This document shows, in pieces, positions 17,078-25,657 of a DNA stretch of 33,326 nucleotides (within the stretch, counting starts at the first letter, position 1; every line of letters begins with the position of its first letter). This DNA is from a virus. Lineage: Duplodnaviria > Caudoviricetes. A program made the position numbers and the translations under genes. Location: the IMG/VR virus record IMGVR_UViG_3300031836_000395, positions 1 to 33,326 of that record; one strand, written 5' to 3'. Below the pieces are notes generated by a model. It saw only the letters and a program-made list of their open reading frames with translations. It did not search any database and was not told the DNA's origin.

Positions 17078-18553
17078 CTAGTAGACGGACAGCGTCGCGT
17101 CGTAGTCAGGTTCGGCGTTGGTCAGGTAAGCGTGGCGAGCAAGCGTCACGGCGTAAACGGGTGTGATGTCAGCCATCGTGGACCCGTGCCACCACACCCA
17201 CGCGTTGCCGTAAGCGCGTTTCGCGGCCGACGCAAGAGACTCGTTGAGAGTGTCGTCGTTGGTATGCACCAACCTGCGGTTCACTGCATCGTTCAGCAGT
17301 TCGCCGCACGCGCTGGCGATGTCCTTCTTCGGCAAGACGATGACTTCGAAGCCCGCGTCCTCCAGGTCCTGCTTGAGCGACATCGCCGCACCATCGCCCG
17401 CGAGCGCCACACGGTTGCCACCGAACCTCGTGGTGAGATCACGCATGCGATCAATCACCCAACCGTTACCGAGCTCGTGGTCGACGAGCGCGATCGCGAC
17501 CCTAGCGTCGGGGTCTGTCGGGGCGCCGGCCACTGCGATCGATGTCCACTCGTGGTCCGGTGACATATCGACGCACCACATTGGTGGGTGGTCGTAGTTG
17601 ATCGTGGCCTCGTCGTTGTCCGGGGCGGCAGTGTCGCGCCAGGCGTCGACGGGGATGATCGGGTCAGGGCGTTTGTTGCCCGTCCAGATGCCACGGTAGG
17701 CGCGGTCATATTCGTCGAGGTTTGTCGCGAAGGCCTGTAGTTCGGCGTCGATGGTGTGCTCGTGGATCGTGATCCCGTAGGCCGGCATATACAGCGGCCA
17801 CCTGGCGCGGTCATCACGGTCGGCGTCGGGGTCATCAGACCATTCGAAGAACGCTATGCGTGCTCGCGGGTCTGCGGCCTCGACGATCGCGCGGCCATCT
17901 TGGACCAGGTTCCACCAGTATTTCGAGTAGCCAAGCTTGCCGGCTGCGGACTGGTGCCAGATCTGTGCGCCATCGACGGTGATGAGAGTGGGCCGAATGT
18001 TCTGGGCGACAGTGCCGTCACGGTGTGCGAAAGCCTCGTCACAGTGCCACTCGTCGTTCGTGCCACCATGGCCGGACTTCTCGTTGACGGCGTCGATGAA
18101 GATCTTCGCGTTGGTGGTGAACTGCACCTTCTCGTCGCCGGTGCGCCCGTACCAACCGGGCTTCTTCGGGTTGCGAGTGGGCTTAAGGATGGGGCGCCAG
18201 CGTTCGAGGATCCGCTCGTAGTAGTTCTCCTCGAGGCGGGTGAGCGCCTTCTGACGGTCCTGCGCCGTGTAGATGATCTTCCCGTTGCGGGTCGTCGCCG
18301 CACGATGTACACCCTTAGCCACGAAGATGGTGGTCTTTCCAGACTGGCGTGGCTCAAGCGTGCGAACGTCGCGGTACCAGAACTGCCCCGTGGTGGAGTC
18401 GATCTCGCAGCCGACGTCGAGCACCAGGCGCTGCCATGGCATCAAGTCCCAGCCCAACTTGCGGGCTACGAGGGCGACCTTAGGGCCGAGCGTCTCCCTC
18501 TGTGGGTTGCGTTCGGTGCCCCACCGCGGCGCCGGAAGGTCCGGGAACGTCAC
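17078..18553 (-). CDS. terL: Terminase large subunit
   Basis: LMPWQ (Q motif), PRQSGKTT (Walker A), WHCDEA (Walker B), SAAG coupling motif, nuclease Asp motifs (CVDMS, ADIT). Confidence 0.93.
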   Translation of the reverse strand: MTFPDLPAPRWGTERNPQRETLGPKVALVARKLGWDLMPWQRLVLDVGCEIDSTTGQFWYRDVRTLEPRQSGKTTIFVAKGVHRAATTRNGKIIYTAQDRQKALTRLEENYYERILERWRPILKPTRNPKKPGWYGRTGDEKVQFTTNAKIFIDAVNEKSGHGGTNDEWHCDEAFAHRDGTVAQNIRPTLITVDGAQIWHQSAAGKLGYSKYWWNLVQDGRAIVEAADPRARIAFFEWSDDPDADRDDRARWPLYMPAYGITIHEHTIDAELQAFATNLDEYDRAYRGIWTGNKRPDPIIPVDAWRDTAAPDNDEATINYDHPPMWCVDMSPDHEWTSIAVAGAPTDPDARVAIALVDHELGNGWVIDRMRDLTTRFGGNRVALAGDGAAMSLKQDLEDAGFEVIVLPKKDIASACGELLNDAVNRRLVHTNDDTLNESLASAAKRAYGNAWVWWHGSTMADITPVYAVTLARHAYLTNAEPDYDATLSVY

Positions 18554-19050
18554 TCAGGTACACCGAGCCCGCTCATCTCATCGTCAAACGCACCGTCATG
18601 TTGCGCACCATTGCCTGGATTCAACACCGCGAGGCCCGCATAGAGGCGGATCTGCATCGGGTTGACCAGGTCGAGACGGTCCAAAACGTCGGCATTGTCG
18701 AGGATCAGGGCCGACTTGGTAAGCATCGCCTGCACTGTGCGCTGGAACGGATACGCGCCGTCAGCCTTTGGTAACTCTTCCGCGAGCGCGGTGGTCACAA
18801 GACCGGGCGGCAGCTGGTCGATGCGAACGATCTGTGGCGGATCGGATGGCACAAGGGGCGGCACTTCTGCATACCGCTCGGGGTGCGCATCGACGTCGCG
18901 CTTCTTACGCCAGTCACGCATGCGCTTCGAGTTCGCGGCACGGCACGGTGTGCACTTGCACCCACGCCGGTAGCCCGGCATGCCCGCCTCGACACCGAGG
19001 ATCTCGTGGCGCGGACGGATGACGATGCGGGGCGATTCAGCGGCAGTCAT
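18550..19050 (-). CDS. Probable terminase small subunit with N-terminal Cys/His motif
   Basis: Directly upstream of and overlapping terL; strong SD AGGAGG; helical C-terminal half. Confidence 0.55.
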   Translation of the reverse strand: MTAAESPRIVIRPRHEILGVEAGMPGYRRGCKCTPCRAANSKRMRDWRKKRDVDAHPERYAEVPPLVPSDPPQIVRIDQLPPGLVTTALAEELPKADGAYPFQRTVQAMLTKSALILDNADVLDRLDLVNPMQIRLYAGLAVLNPGNGAQHDGAFDDEMSGLGVPE

Positions 19051-19059
19051 CATTCCTCC

Positions 19060-19145
19060 TCACGATTACCAATGTGACCGATTACCTGGGGGTTCGTGTG
19101 CGCGAAAAAAACGTTCAGTTGGGCGGTCGGTAGGGATCGGCGTTC
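19060..19145. other. Likely cos packaging region
   Basis: Non-coding gap between HNH and TerS with A tracts (19104-19111 and ~19148-19152); this is the usual cos position in HK97-like phages. Exact overhang not determinable. Confidence 0.45.
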
Positions 19146-19514
19146 CTAAAAATCGGCACGTTTTCTGGCTGTGGGACTGCCGTAGAGGCCGATGCGTGGC
19201 CTGCCGAAGTCCCGAATGCGTCGTGGCTGCTCCTCTAGGGACTTGAATCTGTTGCGCTTCGAGTTGCAGCTGCGGTGGGCGGGGCGCAGGTTCGATAGGG
19301 CGTTGGATCCGCCCTCTGAGACCGGCACGATATGGTCGGCTGTTGCCGCCATGGGAAGCAGCCACCAACGGCGGATGTCGAGGTCACCCTCGAAGATCAT
19401 CGGGCCACGCCTGCCGCCACATAGCGCGCACTCAGGGTGGGAGGCTAGGACGATGTCACGGTTGCGAAGGTACTCCGCGGCATCTCGGGTGCGTTGACTA
19501 TGCGTGCGGGTCAT
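19146..19514 (-). CDS. HNH endonuclease (terminase-associated, HK97 gp74-like)
   Basis: CALC...ADHIVPVSEGGSNALSNLRPAHRSCN; start at ATG 19514. Confidence 0.9.
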   Translation of the reverse strand: MTRTHSQRTRDAAEYLRNRDIVLASHPECALCGGRRGPMIFEGDLDIRRWWLLPMAATADHIVPVSEGGSNALSNLRPAHRSCNSKRNRFKSLEEQPRRIRDFGRPRIGLYGSPTARKRADF

Positions 19515-19666
19515 TGTTACCCCCGGGCGTGCAGGTGGTGGGTCCTGGTCGCTGGACACCCCACCTGCAGTGGTTGGAGTGCGAGGGCACTCCCGGCGCG
19601 GACGTCTCCCGTCACGCGCGACCAGCCACACACATCCGTCACCCTGCACGAGTCCGGACATGCGAA

Positions 19667-19693
19667 AGGCCCGAACACCAGGTGGTCGGGCCT
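19667..19693 (-). terminator. Terminator-like hairpin in the late leader
   Basis: AGGCCCGA...TCGGGCCT followed by TT on the minus strand, about 40-65 nt downstream of the candidate late promoter. Confidence 0.6.
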
Positions 19694-19735
19694 CAAGCGG
19701 GGAAGTGTCTAGAGACACCTCACCCAGCAGTCCTG

Positions 19736-19765
19736 ATCATACGCTTGAACCACTGCCACTGTCTA
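19736..19765 (-). promoter_or_regulatory. Candidate late promoter TAGACA-N18-TATGAT
   Basis: Near-consensus -35 (19760-19765) and -10 (19736-19741) upstream of the virion operon. Confidence 0.6.
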
Positions 19766-19775
19766 ACGGCTCGGG

Positions 19776-19982
19776 CTACGGCGTGTCGACCACCGTCGGA
19801 GTGGTCTGGCCTAGAGCCGTGTGCCAGGCCACGTGCAGTGCGAGATCGGTAAGCCATATCCTCTGTCCACACACAAGACACAGGTTGGCTCGCATCGAGA
19901 TCCGCTCAGTGCGCGCGTCCTCAGGGAACGGGCCGTCCTCCGTCGCCAGCTCGATCAGACCAGACTCGTCAGTTGTCGCCAT
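19776..19982 (-). CDS. Small C2H2-like Zn-finger protein
   Basis: 68 aa; CLVC...HVAWH. Confidence 0.6.
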   Translation of the reverse strand: MATTDESGLIELATEDGPFPEDARTERISMRANLCLVCGQRIWLTDLALHVAWHTALGQTTPTVVDTP

Positions 19983-20676
19983 CGTCTTCACTCTCCTCAA
20001 TCTCTCGACGCCGCTCGATCTCAGCGATCAGCAGCCCAATGTTCTCCTCATCCCACGCCTCACCACAGTCCTTGCACCACGCGATGCCCGTCACACTCGT
20101 CGTGTCCAGACGCACCCGAATGGTGTCAACGTGGTCACACAGCGGGCAATGGATGTGCGGGATCTGAGGTCGCTCTTCAAGGCCGGCAACGATCTTCGCC
20201 GCCACCCACCACGAACGCACGAGCCGCTCAGCATCGACCACATCCTTGTCGGTCAGCGTTGGCATACGCTCCGACATCAGACGCAGGTTCTCCTCGAGTC
20301 CACCACGCTGCGCATTCACCCGGCCACGCAGATACGTCGCACACTCCACCTCGATACGGATCTCCACATCTATCGCGTCCAACGCTGCCGCCGGCCGAGA
20401 CTCAAAGCCACCCGTCGAGTTCGACCCATGCTTGGTCCCCTCCGACGCAAGCCTGACCTGCTCGAGCAACGGAGGCATCTCCACGGCGTGCCAACCACGC
20501 GGCGAGTCCTCCCACCTGTCGATCGCAGCATCCCAACGCCACCACGGCTCAAGCGTCTCGAACGAGTTGACGAACTGGGCCAGCCGATGACGGATCTGGG
20601 ACACCTTGCGCAAACGGTCGAACTCCTCGAGGTCAACAACCTCAGGGTTGAGCGGCAGTGCGGGCTTAGGCATCAT
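19969..20676 (-). CDS. Putative late transcription regulator with C-terminal Zn ribbon
   Basis: Last large early gene before the late promoter; CPLC...CKDC; function inferred from position only. Confidence 0.5.
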   Translation of the reverse strand: MMPKPALPLNPEVVDLEEFDRLRKVSQIRHRLAQFVNSFETLEPWWRWDAAIDRWEDSPRGWHAVEMPPLLEQVRLASEGTKHGSNSTGGFESRPAAALDAIDVEIRIEVECATYLRGRVNAQRGGLEENLRLMSERMPTLTDKDVVDAERLVRSWWVAAKIVAGLEERPQIPHIHCPLCDHVDTIRVRLDTTSVTGIAWCKDCGEAWDEENIGLLIAEIERRREIEESEDDGDN

Positions 20677-21698
20677 GACCCTTCTCCAGCGGTGGTGGTG
20701 GGCTTGGACTTGCCACGGCGAGACCTACGACGGACAGGGCTGGGCTTGGTGCCCTGAGCGTCCAGACCAGACCCAGCAAGGCCCGTCTCGGCACTACCAA
20801 ACCCGGAACTACCCGTCCCGTCCCTACCCTGCAGATCTAGATCCGACAGACCCCGGCCGGCTAGATCGCCGCCTGGCGGCCCATCCTCGCCGGTAGACAC
20901 GCCCTTCGGCGCCTCTTGGGCTGGTGTGCCCGTCGCGTTCCCCGAGGCATTCTCGGGCCGCTGGCGGGCGGTTTCGGTCGCGTTCTCCGTCGAGGTCCGC
21001 TGGCCCTGGTGGGTCGCGTTCTCCTCGGCGGTCCGCAGACCGTTGATTCGCTCAGCAATGACAGCCTTGGTAGGCCAACTGCCGAGACGTTCCTTCACGT
21101 ATTGCCGGGTATCGACGCCGTACTTCGGAGGAGACGGTGGCAGCAATAGTGGGCCGCGGGTAGCGGGCTCACGGTTGCACTCGAAGCAGCACACCACGAA
21201 CTCGTGCAGCCTCGTCGGTTGCTGTGAGATGTTGGTGTGCTCCCACGTTGCGCCCCGCAAGCTCTTGCGGTCGCGCCAGTTCACTTCCTTCTTGCAGTAG
21301 CGGCAGTGGTCACCGTCACGGAGCCTCGCGTTGACCGTGAGCGCGTCGTTGCGGGAGTCCTTACCGCGGATCCGGTTGCGGTCAACCTCAACCTGCGCCT
21401 GCACGTGGAGATAGTTGGGGTCGTTGATCAACCGCCAGCCCGACTCCGCGACCTCGTAGACACCGCTCTGCACAAGGATCCCCATCAGGTACTGCGCTCG
21501 CGCCGGCGTACCAGCAAGCGACCGAGCCATCGCACGCGTGGCAAGGCGGTCCGTCTCCTTCCCCGTGACTTCACAAGCGAGCCGCACGGCGAAGCCGAAC
21601 ACCTCATCGACCGTGCGCTCGTCAGCGTCCTCGAGTTCGAGGGGTGCGATCGTTCGCGGGTCGTGCGCGGCGGTGTCGCCGAGTCTGAGCCAGGGCAC
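20673..21698 (-). CDS. Putative replication initiator with a degenerate HNH-like Zn domain
   Basis: MPWLRLGD...HDPR N-terminus typical of actinophage replication proteins; RDGDHCRYC...WEH...CCFECN; low-complexity repeat-rich C-terminus. Confidence 0.55.
   Translation of the reverse strand: MPWLRLGDTAAHDPRTIAPLELEDADERTVDEVFGFAVRLACEVTGKETDRLATRAMARSLAGTPARAQYLMGILVQSGVYEVAESGWRLINDPNYLHVQAQVEVDRNRIRGKDSRNDALTVNARLRDGDHCRYCKKEVNWRDRKSLRGATWEHTNISQQPTRLHEFVVCCFECNREPATRGPLLLPPSPPKYGVDTRQYVKERLGSWPTKAVIAERINGLRTAEENATHQGQRTSTENATETARQRPENASGNATGTPAQEAPKGVSTGEDGPPGGDLAGRGLSDLDLQGRDGTGSSGFGSAETGLAGSGLDAQGTKPSPVRRRSRRGKSKPTTTAGEGS
20931..21039. repeat. Iteron-like direct repeats in the replication gene
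   Basis: GGTCGCGTTCTCC-N5-GGTCCGC at 20976 and 21012 (36-bp period); partial copy GTCGCGTTC at 20932. Confidence 0.65.
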
Positions 21699-21710
21699 AG
21701 TATTGGGGTC

Positions 21711-22127
21711 CTATCGTGATTGGTTGTCTGGGGCGCAGGCAGAGCAAAGGGGTTTCTCTCCTTCGCCGTGAATCCACGAGCACGGGGGGTCACAAGCGGC
21801 ATCGTCGGTACATCCGCACATCACGCATTCCTTTGGGATGGCAGTACTCATGTGGTGGTGCCCGCACAGCGGCCAGATTGCTCCGCACCACGAGCAACAT
21901 GGCCCTTGACCGTCCATCGTGAACACCGGCTGCGCGCTGGCCGCGCCGTATCGCTCCATGAGGTTGAGGATCCAATCAGCACGTGTCGACGCCGTAGTGT
22001 GCTCTTCAAAACCCCTCTCCACCATGAAGATGAACCTGTTTGTAGCGATTAGCTCTGGTGGCCGCGACATCACAGGGCGTGTCCCGCCGGGATAGAAGGC
22101 GATCTCGTTGAACTCGTCGATGTCCAT
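21711..22127 (-). CDS. Cys-rich hypothetical protein
   Basis: CCSWC...CGHHH and CVMCGCTDDAAC...CSW...LCSAC motifs; SD AAGGAG. Confidence 0.7.
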   Translation of the reverse strand: MDIDEFNEIAFYPGGTRPVMSRPPELIATNRFIFMVERGFEEHTTASTRADWILNLMERYGAASAQPVFTMDGQGPCCSWCGAIWPLCGHHHMSTAIPKECVMCGCTDDAACDPPCSWIHGEGEKPLCSACAPDNQSR

Positions 22128-22136
22128 TTAGTCTCC

Positions 22137-22325
22137 TTAGTCCGAGCAGCCGGCGCACTCGGCCGTATAGGGGTTGACTGGGCTGTCACAACTGGTGCAC
22201 TTAAGGGGCGCCGGCGGATGGCATCGACGGCACGGGCACGCCACGCGCTGGTCGTTCTCGTCGAACGCGAAGCCAGCACACAGGTGGTGCTTGCCGTTGC
22301 GGCAGTCTGGGCACATGCGGGTCAC
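22137..22325 (-). CDS. Small Cys-rich (Zn-finger-like) protein
   Basis: 62 aa with several CxxC motifs; GTGA overlap; SD GAGGAG. Confidence 0.7.
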   Translation of the reverse strand: MTRMCPDCRNGKHHLCAGFAFDENDQRVACPCRRCHPPAPLKCTSCDSPVNPYTAECAGCSD

Positions 22326-22642
22326 GGCTTCTCCTCAAGGTCGATCTCGATAGCTGCACGGCGACGTCGCTGCTCCTCGAGGAGGGAGTTCACCATCTTG
22401 CGGCCGATCCGCTCGGCTCGGGCCTGGCTCCCCCACACGCGCTTGCTGTGGCCGCGCAGGCCGACGGTCGCGCGCACTATCCAGCCAGCGCGACAGGGCT
22501 CGAGACGGAGACGACCAGCAGCAGGCGGCACCATCGGCGGCTTGACACGGCCGCCCGCACCCGCACTACTTCCGGAAGGTTGACGTGGTGGTGAGGCCGA
22601 GTTGAGCGTCTTGCCCGCATGGGCGAGTCTGGGCTGAGTCAT
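22322..22642 (-). CDS. Hypothetical protein
   Basis: 4-nt overlaps with both neighbours. Confidence 0.55.
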   Translation of the reverse strand: MTQPRLAHAGKTLNSASPPRQPSGSSAGAGGRVKPPMVPPAAGRLRLEPCRAGWIVRATVGLRGHSKRVWGSQARAERIGRKMVNSLLEEQRRRRAAIEIDLEEKP

Positions 22643-23211
22643 AGTTGGCCTACGTCTGTCGTGTGGTCGTCCTCGTTAGCCGCGGGCTCGGGGGTTGGGT
22701 GCTCAATGATGGAGAACATGTAGTAGTCCCCCTGCCAGTCGTACCGCACGGGAGCCGTGACCTCGCCCATGAGCCATTCGTCGGTGTTGCGAGCCCAGTC
22801 GGCCATGCCACACCGGGCGACGAACTTGCCATAATGGCGTTCCTTGTCCAGCTCGGAGTAGTCGCCAGCGTCGTGCCAGGGCCGTCCATTCTCAACGCCA
22901 TCTTCAAACCAGGACTCGCACTCACATTCGTACTCGGCGTGACACAAGGCCCGTTCCGGCGCATTGCATCTGAGAGTGGTGACCGCATAGCCGTCGGTGA
23001 AGTCGATGACTACTTCGTGTTCGTAGACATTCACCGGCTCCTGCATCGCGGCGATGGGGGCGGTCAGCGTCACAGGGCCCGGACCGGTGCATGTCACGAG
23101 TTCGGGGTGGGCGCTCATGGCGTCGCCACGTGGCAACTCAAACGGAGTGAGCCCACAACATGATGCGGTGATATTCCCGGATAGTGGGCAGGCGTGGACG
23201 GTCGCGCTCAT
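22639..23211 (-). CDS. Mosaic hypothetical protein (Cys-rich N-terminal module)
   Basis: HACP...CCGLTPFELP...VTC module; ATGA overlap; ends EHPTPEPAAN.... Confidence 0.7.
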   Translation of the reverse strand: MSATVHACPLSGNITASCCGLTPFELPRGDAMSAHPELVTCTGPGPVTLTAPIAAMQEPVNVYEHEVVIDFTDGYAVTTLRCNAPERALCHAEYECECESWFEDGVENGRPWHDAGDYSELDKERHYGKFVARCGMADWARNTDEWLMGEVTAPVRYDWQGDYYMFSIIEHPTPEPAANEDDHTTDVGQL

Positions 23212-23681
23212 GATCGGTCCTTTCGGTCGTCGCGCATGGGGATGGTGAGCACGGGGACCTCAACTGTGTCCGTGGCGTCGATGTGGGCGAACGTGATGAG
23301 TTTGGCCGCGAGCGCGAGGTCGATGGTGAGTTCTGAGAGTGTGGACTTCTTGAGTACTCGTACTTGCCACGGGTGGAGCGCGCGAGCGAGTGAGGTATCG
23401 AGTGCGATGCAGGGGAGGCCGAGTGCGTTGGCGAGGTATATCTCGATGCCTGCGCCTTTTGAGTTCTCCCACCCGGGCATGTACACCAACACGTCGGCGT
23501 TCTTCAGTAGCTCGATGAGGTCGTGGCGCATGTACTCGAGCCATGTGTCGAACGGTGGGGCCTCGGCGGGGTTGAGGACTTCGAAGCCGCGGTCGCGCAG
23601 TTGCTGTGCGGCTGCGTTGAAGGCGGGGTAGTTGTTGTCGGGTAGGCCGGTCATGGGTCCGGACAGGTAGATGGTGGTCAT
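23208..23681 (-). CDS. DUF4406 family protein (nucleoside 2-deoxyribosyltransferase-like fold)
   Basis: IYLSGPMTG...NYPAF...VLNPAE...WLEYMR...PGWENSKGAGIE. Confidence 0.85.
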   Translation of the reverse strand: MTTIYLSGPMTGLPDNNYPAFNAAAQQLRDRGFEVLNPAEAPPFDTWLEYMRHDLIELLKNADVLVYMPGWENSKGAGIEIYLANALGLPCIALDTSLARALHPWQVRVLKKSTLSELTIDLALAAKLITFAHIDATDTVEVPVLTIPMRDDRKDRS

Positions 23682-24148
23682 GACTGTGACCCGATCTGCA
23701 GGAGTTGTGTGGGTTGGCCGGTCTCATATGCGGTGGCGATGCTCGGTGCGATCTGTTCGTACACGGTGCCGCCGGTGGGCATGAGGATGTGAGGCAGGAA
23801 CTCTTGCTCGAAGGTGACGATGCCCGATGCCACGGCCTCTAGCTTCGCCTTCACGACTAGAGCCAGGGCGCGCCAGCGTTGACGTACTGCTTGCTCATAG
23901 GCGGCTTCGATCTGGGTGTCGGATCGGCGTTGGTGTTTGGTGGGCGTGTGGGTGAACTGGCGGCTGTCACGGTCCGGAAGTGGCACCGTGAAACGGATAG
24001 TGCGACCTTCAGCACTGAACTGGATGACGGCGACGTCGCGGCGAGTGGCATAGGCAAACTCGTCTGCGCCGTAGCGAGTCAGGATCTTTTCAATCTCCGC
24101 ACGTGAGCGATCCGACGCGACGGTCGTGTTCTCCGCGTAGGCGTTCAT
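23678..24148 (-). CDS. Conserved phage protein of unknown function
   Basis: From ATG 24148: YAENTTV...SRAEIE...RWRALALVVKAKLEAV.SGIVTFEQEFL. Confidence 0.75.
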   Translation of the reverse strand: MNAYAENTTVASDRSRAEIEKILTRYGADEFAYATRRDVAVIQFSAEGRTIRFTVPLPDRDSRQFTHTPTKHQRRSDTQIEAAYEQAVRQRWRALALVVKAKLEAVASGIVTFEQEFLPHILMPTGGTVYEQIAPSIATAYETGQPTQLLQIGSQS

Positions 24149-24399
24149 CGCGTTTTCGCCCCTGCCATATAGGCCGCATGGGCCTGCGAGAAAGAATGAT
24201 CGAATGCGGAGAGCCCCTCGAGCATCGCCTTCTCTGCCTCTGCGGGGGTCTCTACCCATTCGAAGTAGGCGAGCCTGTCTACCGGCTTGGGTGACAGGGT
24301 TGTTGTGGGGCACGGTTCGGTCGCGAGTGAGCGGGCGATCGTTGCACCACACGTGCGACAGGTTGTTGTGGCGTTCGCAGTGTTTGGTGGGCGTCTCAT
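24145..24399 (-). CDS. Hypothetical protein
   Basis: From ATG 24399 (SD GGAGG), 84 aa, ATGA overlaps at both ends. Confidence 0.6.
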   Translation of the reverse strand: MRRPPNTANATTTCRTCGATIARSLATEPCPTTTLSPKPVDRLAYFEWVETPAEAEKAMLEGLSAFDHSFSQAHAAYMAGAKTR

Positions 24400-25316
24400 G
24401 CTGCAGCCTCCGTGGACTGGTCTGTGGGTTTGATGTCGAGGAGCAGCAGTGTCGCCCGATCGGCGCTGAGGTACTGCACGGACTGTGGTGCACGGTCGAT
24501 GCCAAGCTGCGCCAGACGCATCGAGACAGGAGTCACCTCGTCTAGCCATAACGCCACGGGTGCGGGTGCGTCCTCGATGTAGGCGAGAGCCTCCTCACCC
24601 CCGGCGCGTGCGAGGAACAGCGACTCGAGGAGTGGAGCCATCGCCGGCGGTGGCTGCTCATCCGGGAGTGGTTGTTGGTTTCGGACGTGGGCGATCGCGA
24701 CGATGCGCTGCGTGGGTGCCGTCTCATAGATCGCAATGTGTGTGGTGTCGGGGCGTAGAGGTCGGCGGCGCAACTCGATGGTCTTCGTACCGTCGAGGAT
24801 GGCCTGCGACCAACGCGGGTGTAGTGGCAGCAACGCGATCGAACACTGCGCGGCACGAGCCTCGGCACGCACGCGGCGGGCCTCATATGTGTGCTCCCAC
24901 TTTGCGCGGGCATCACAGAACGCTTCCAACGTGTACGTCGCATAGCGGGCACCGAGGGGGCCTTGCTCCTCGAGCATCTCCGTCGCCACATGCTGCGCGA
25001 CGTCCGACCACACATCACTCTCAATCCCATAGTGGGCGCGGCGGTCAATCGACCTGAACACGGCCGGATCCGGGCGCTTCCAGTGCTCCCGGGTACGTCG
25101 ACGTAACCAGGGAAGTAACTGCTGCCACCCGAGGATGAGGGGCACACCCACACCAAAGTAGAGCAGGGCCATGACGACCAGCACAGTGGTATCGCGGGCC
25201 GCTCCGATGACGAGTACGACAAGAAAGACGAGAGTGAAACTAAGGGCCAAGGTGACGGCCATGGACTTGCCGTCGAGGACGTAATCCTCATACGTGTGGT
25301 TAATGCGCTTACTCAT
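24396..25316 (-). CDS. Two-TM membrane protein fused to an ASCH domain
   Basis: Two N-terminal TM helices; C-terminal LHPRWSQAILDGTKTIELRRR (GxKxxExR), IYETAP and RAPQSVQYL. Confidence 0.8.
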   Translation of the reverse strand: MSKRINHTYEDYVLDGKSMAVTLALSFTLVFLVVLVIGAARDTTVLVVMALLYFGVGVPLILGWQQLLPWLRRRTREHWKRPDPAVFRSIDRRAHYGIESDVWSDVAQHVATEMLEEQGPLGARYATYTLEAFCDARAKWEHTYEARRVRAEARAAQCSIALLPLHPRWSQAILDGTKTIELRRRPLRPDTTHIAIYETAPTQRIVAIAHVRNQQPLPDEQPPPAMAPLLESLFLARAGGEEALAYIEDAPAPVALWLDEVTPVSMRLAQLGIDRAPQSVQYLSADRATLLLLDIKPTDQSTEAAA

Positions 25317-25657
25317 GGGTTCCTCTCAGTGTGTATGTCGGGGGAGAGCTCGTTGAGGAACTCACCGGCCGCTGTGAGTGCGTCGACCATCGCAGGTTCG
25401 CCGCCAGGGTGAGGTAGGCCCATCGTGATGCGCAACCTGTGCTGCGAGTCGCGGAGCAACACGAACGGTCGACCCTGCGCTGGATCCACGATCACTGCAG
25501 TCCAACCGTTCGATGCGGTGAAAGGCGAGAAGTCATCACTGGCAGGCACGCCAACAGCGCTCTTCGCGGCCCGCACCAGGTGCGCCCTGTACAGCAACGG
25601 CCAGGGCGTCACCAACAACAGGAGGAGGCTTAGGAATAGCCAGGCTTGCCACGTCAT
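25313..25657 (-). CDS. Membrane-anchored hypothetical protein
   Basis: From ATG 25657: MTWQAWLFLSLLLLLVTPWPLLY; ATGA overlaps. Confidence 0.65.
   Translation of the reverse strand: MTWQAWLFLSLLLLLVTPWPLLYRAHLVRAAKSAVGVPASDDFSPFTASNGWTAVIVDPAQGRPFVLLRDSQHRLRITMGLPHPGGEPAMVDALTAAGEFLNELSPDIHTERNP

Noticed and set aside
19570-19629. tRNA-like element (minus strand ends ...CTCCAACCAC)
   Set aside because: No TTC T-loop or D-arm consensus; kept only as a generic structured RNA.
19504-20757. 417-aa plus-strand ORF
   Set aside because: Crosses the structured leader and two real minus-strand genes; Arg/His/Pro-rich; no motifs.
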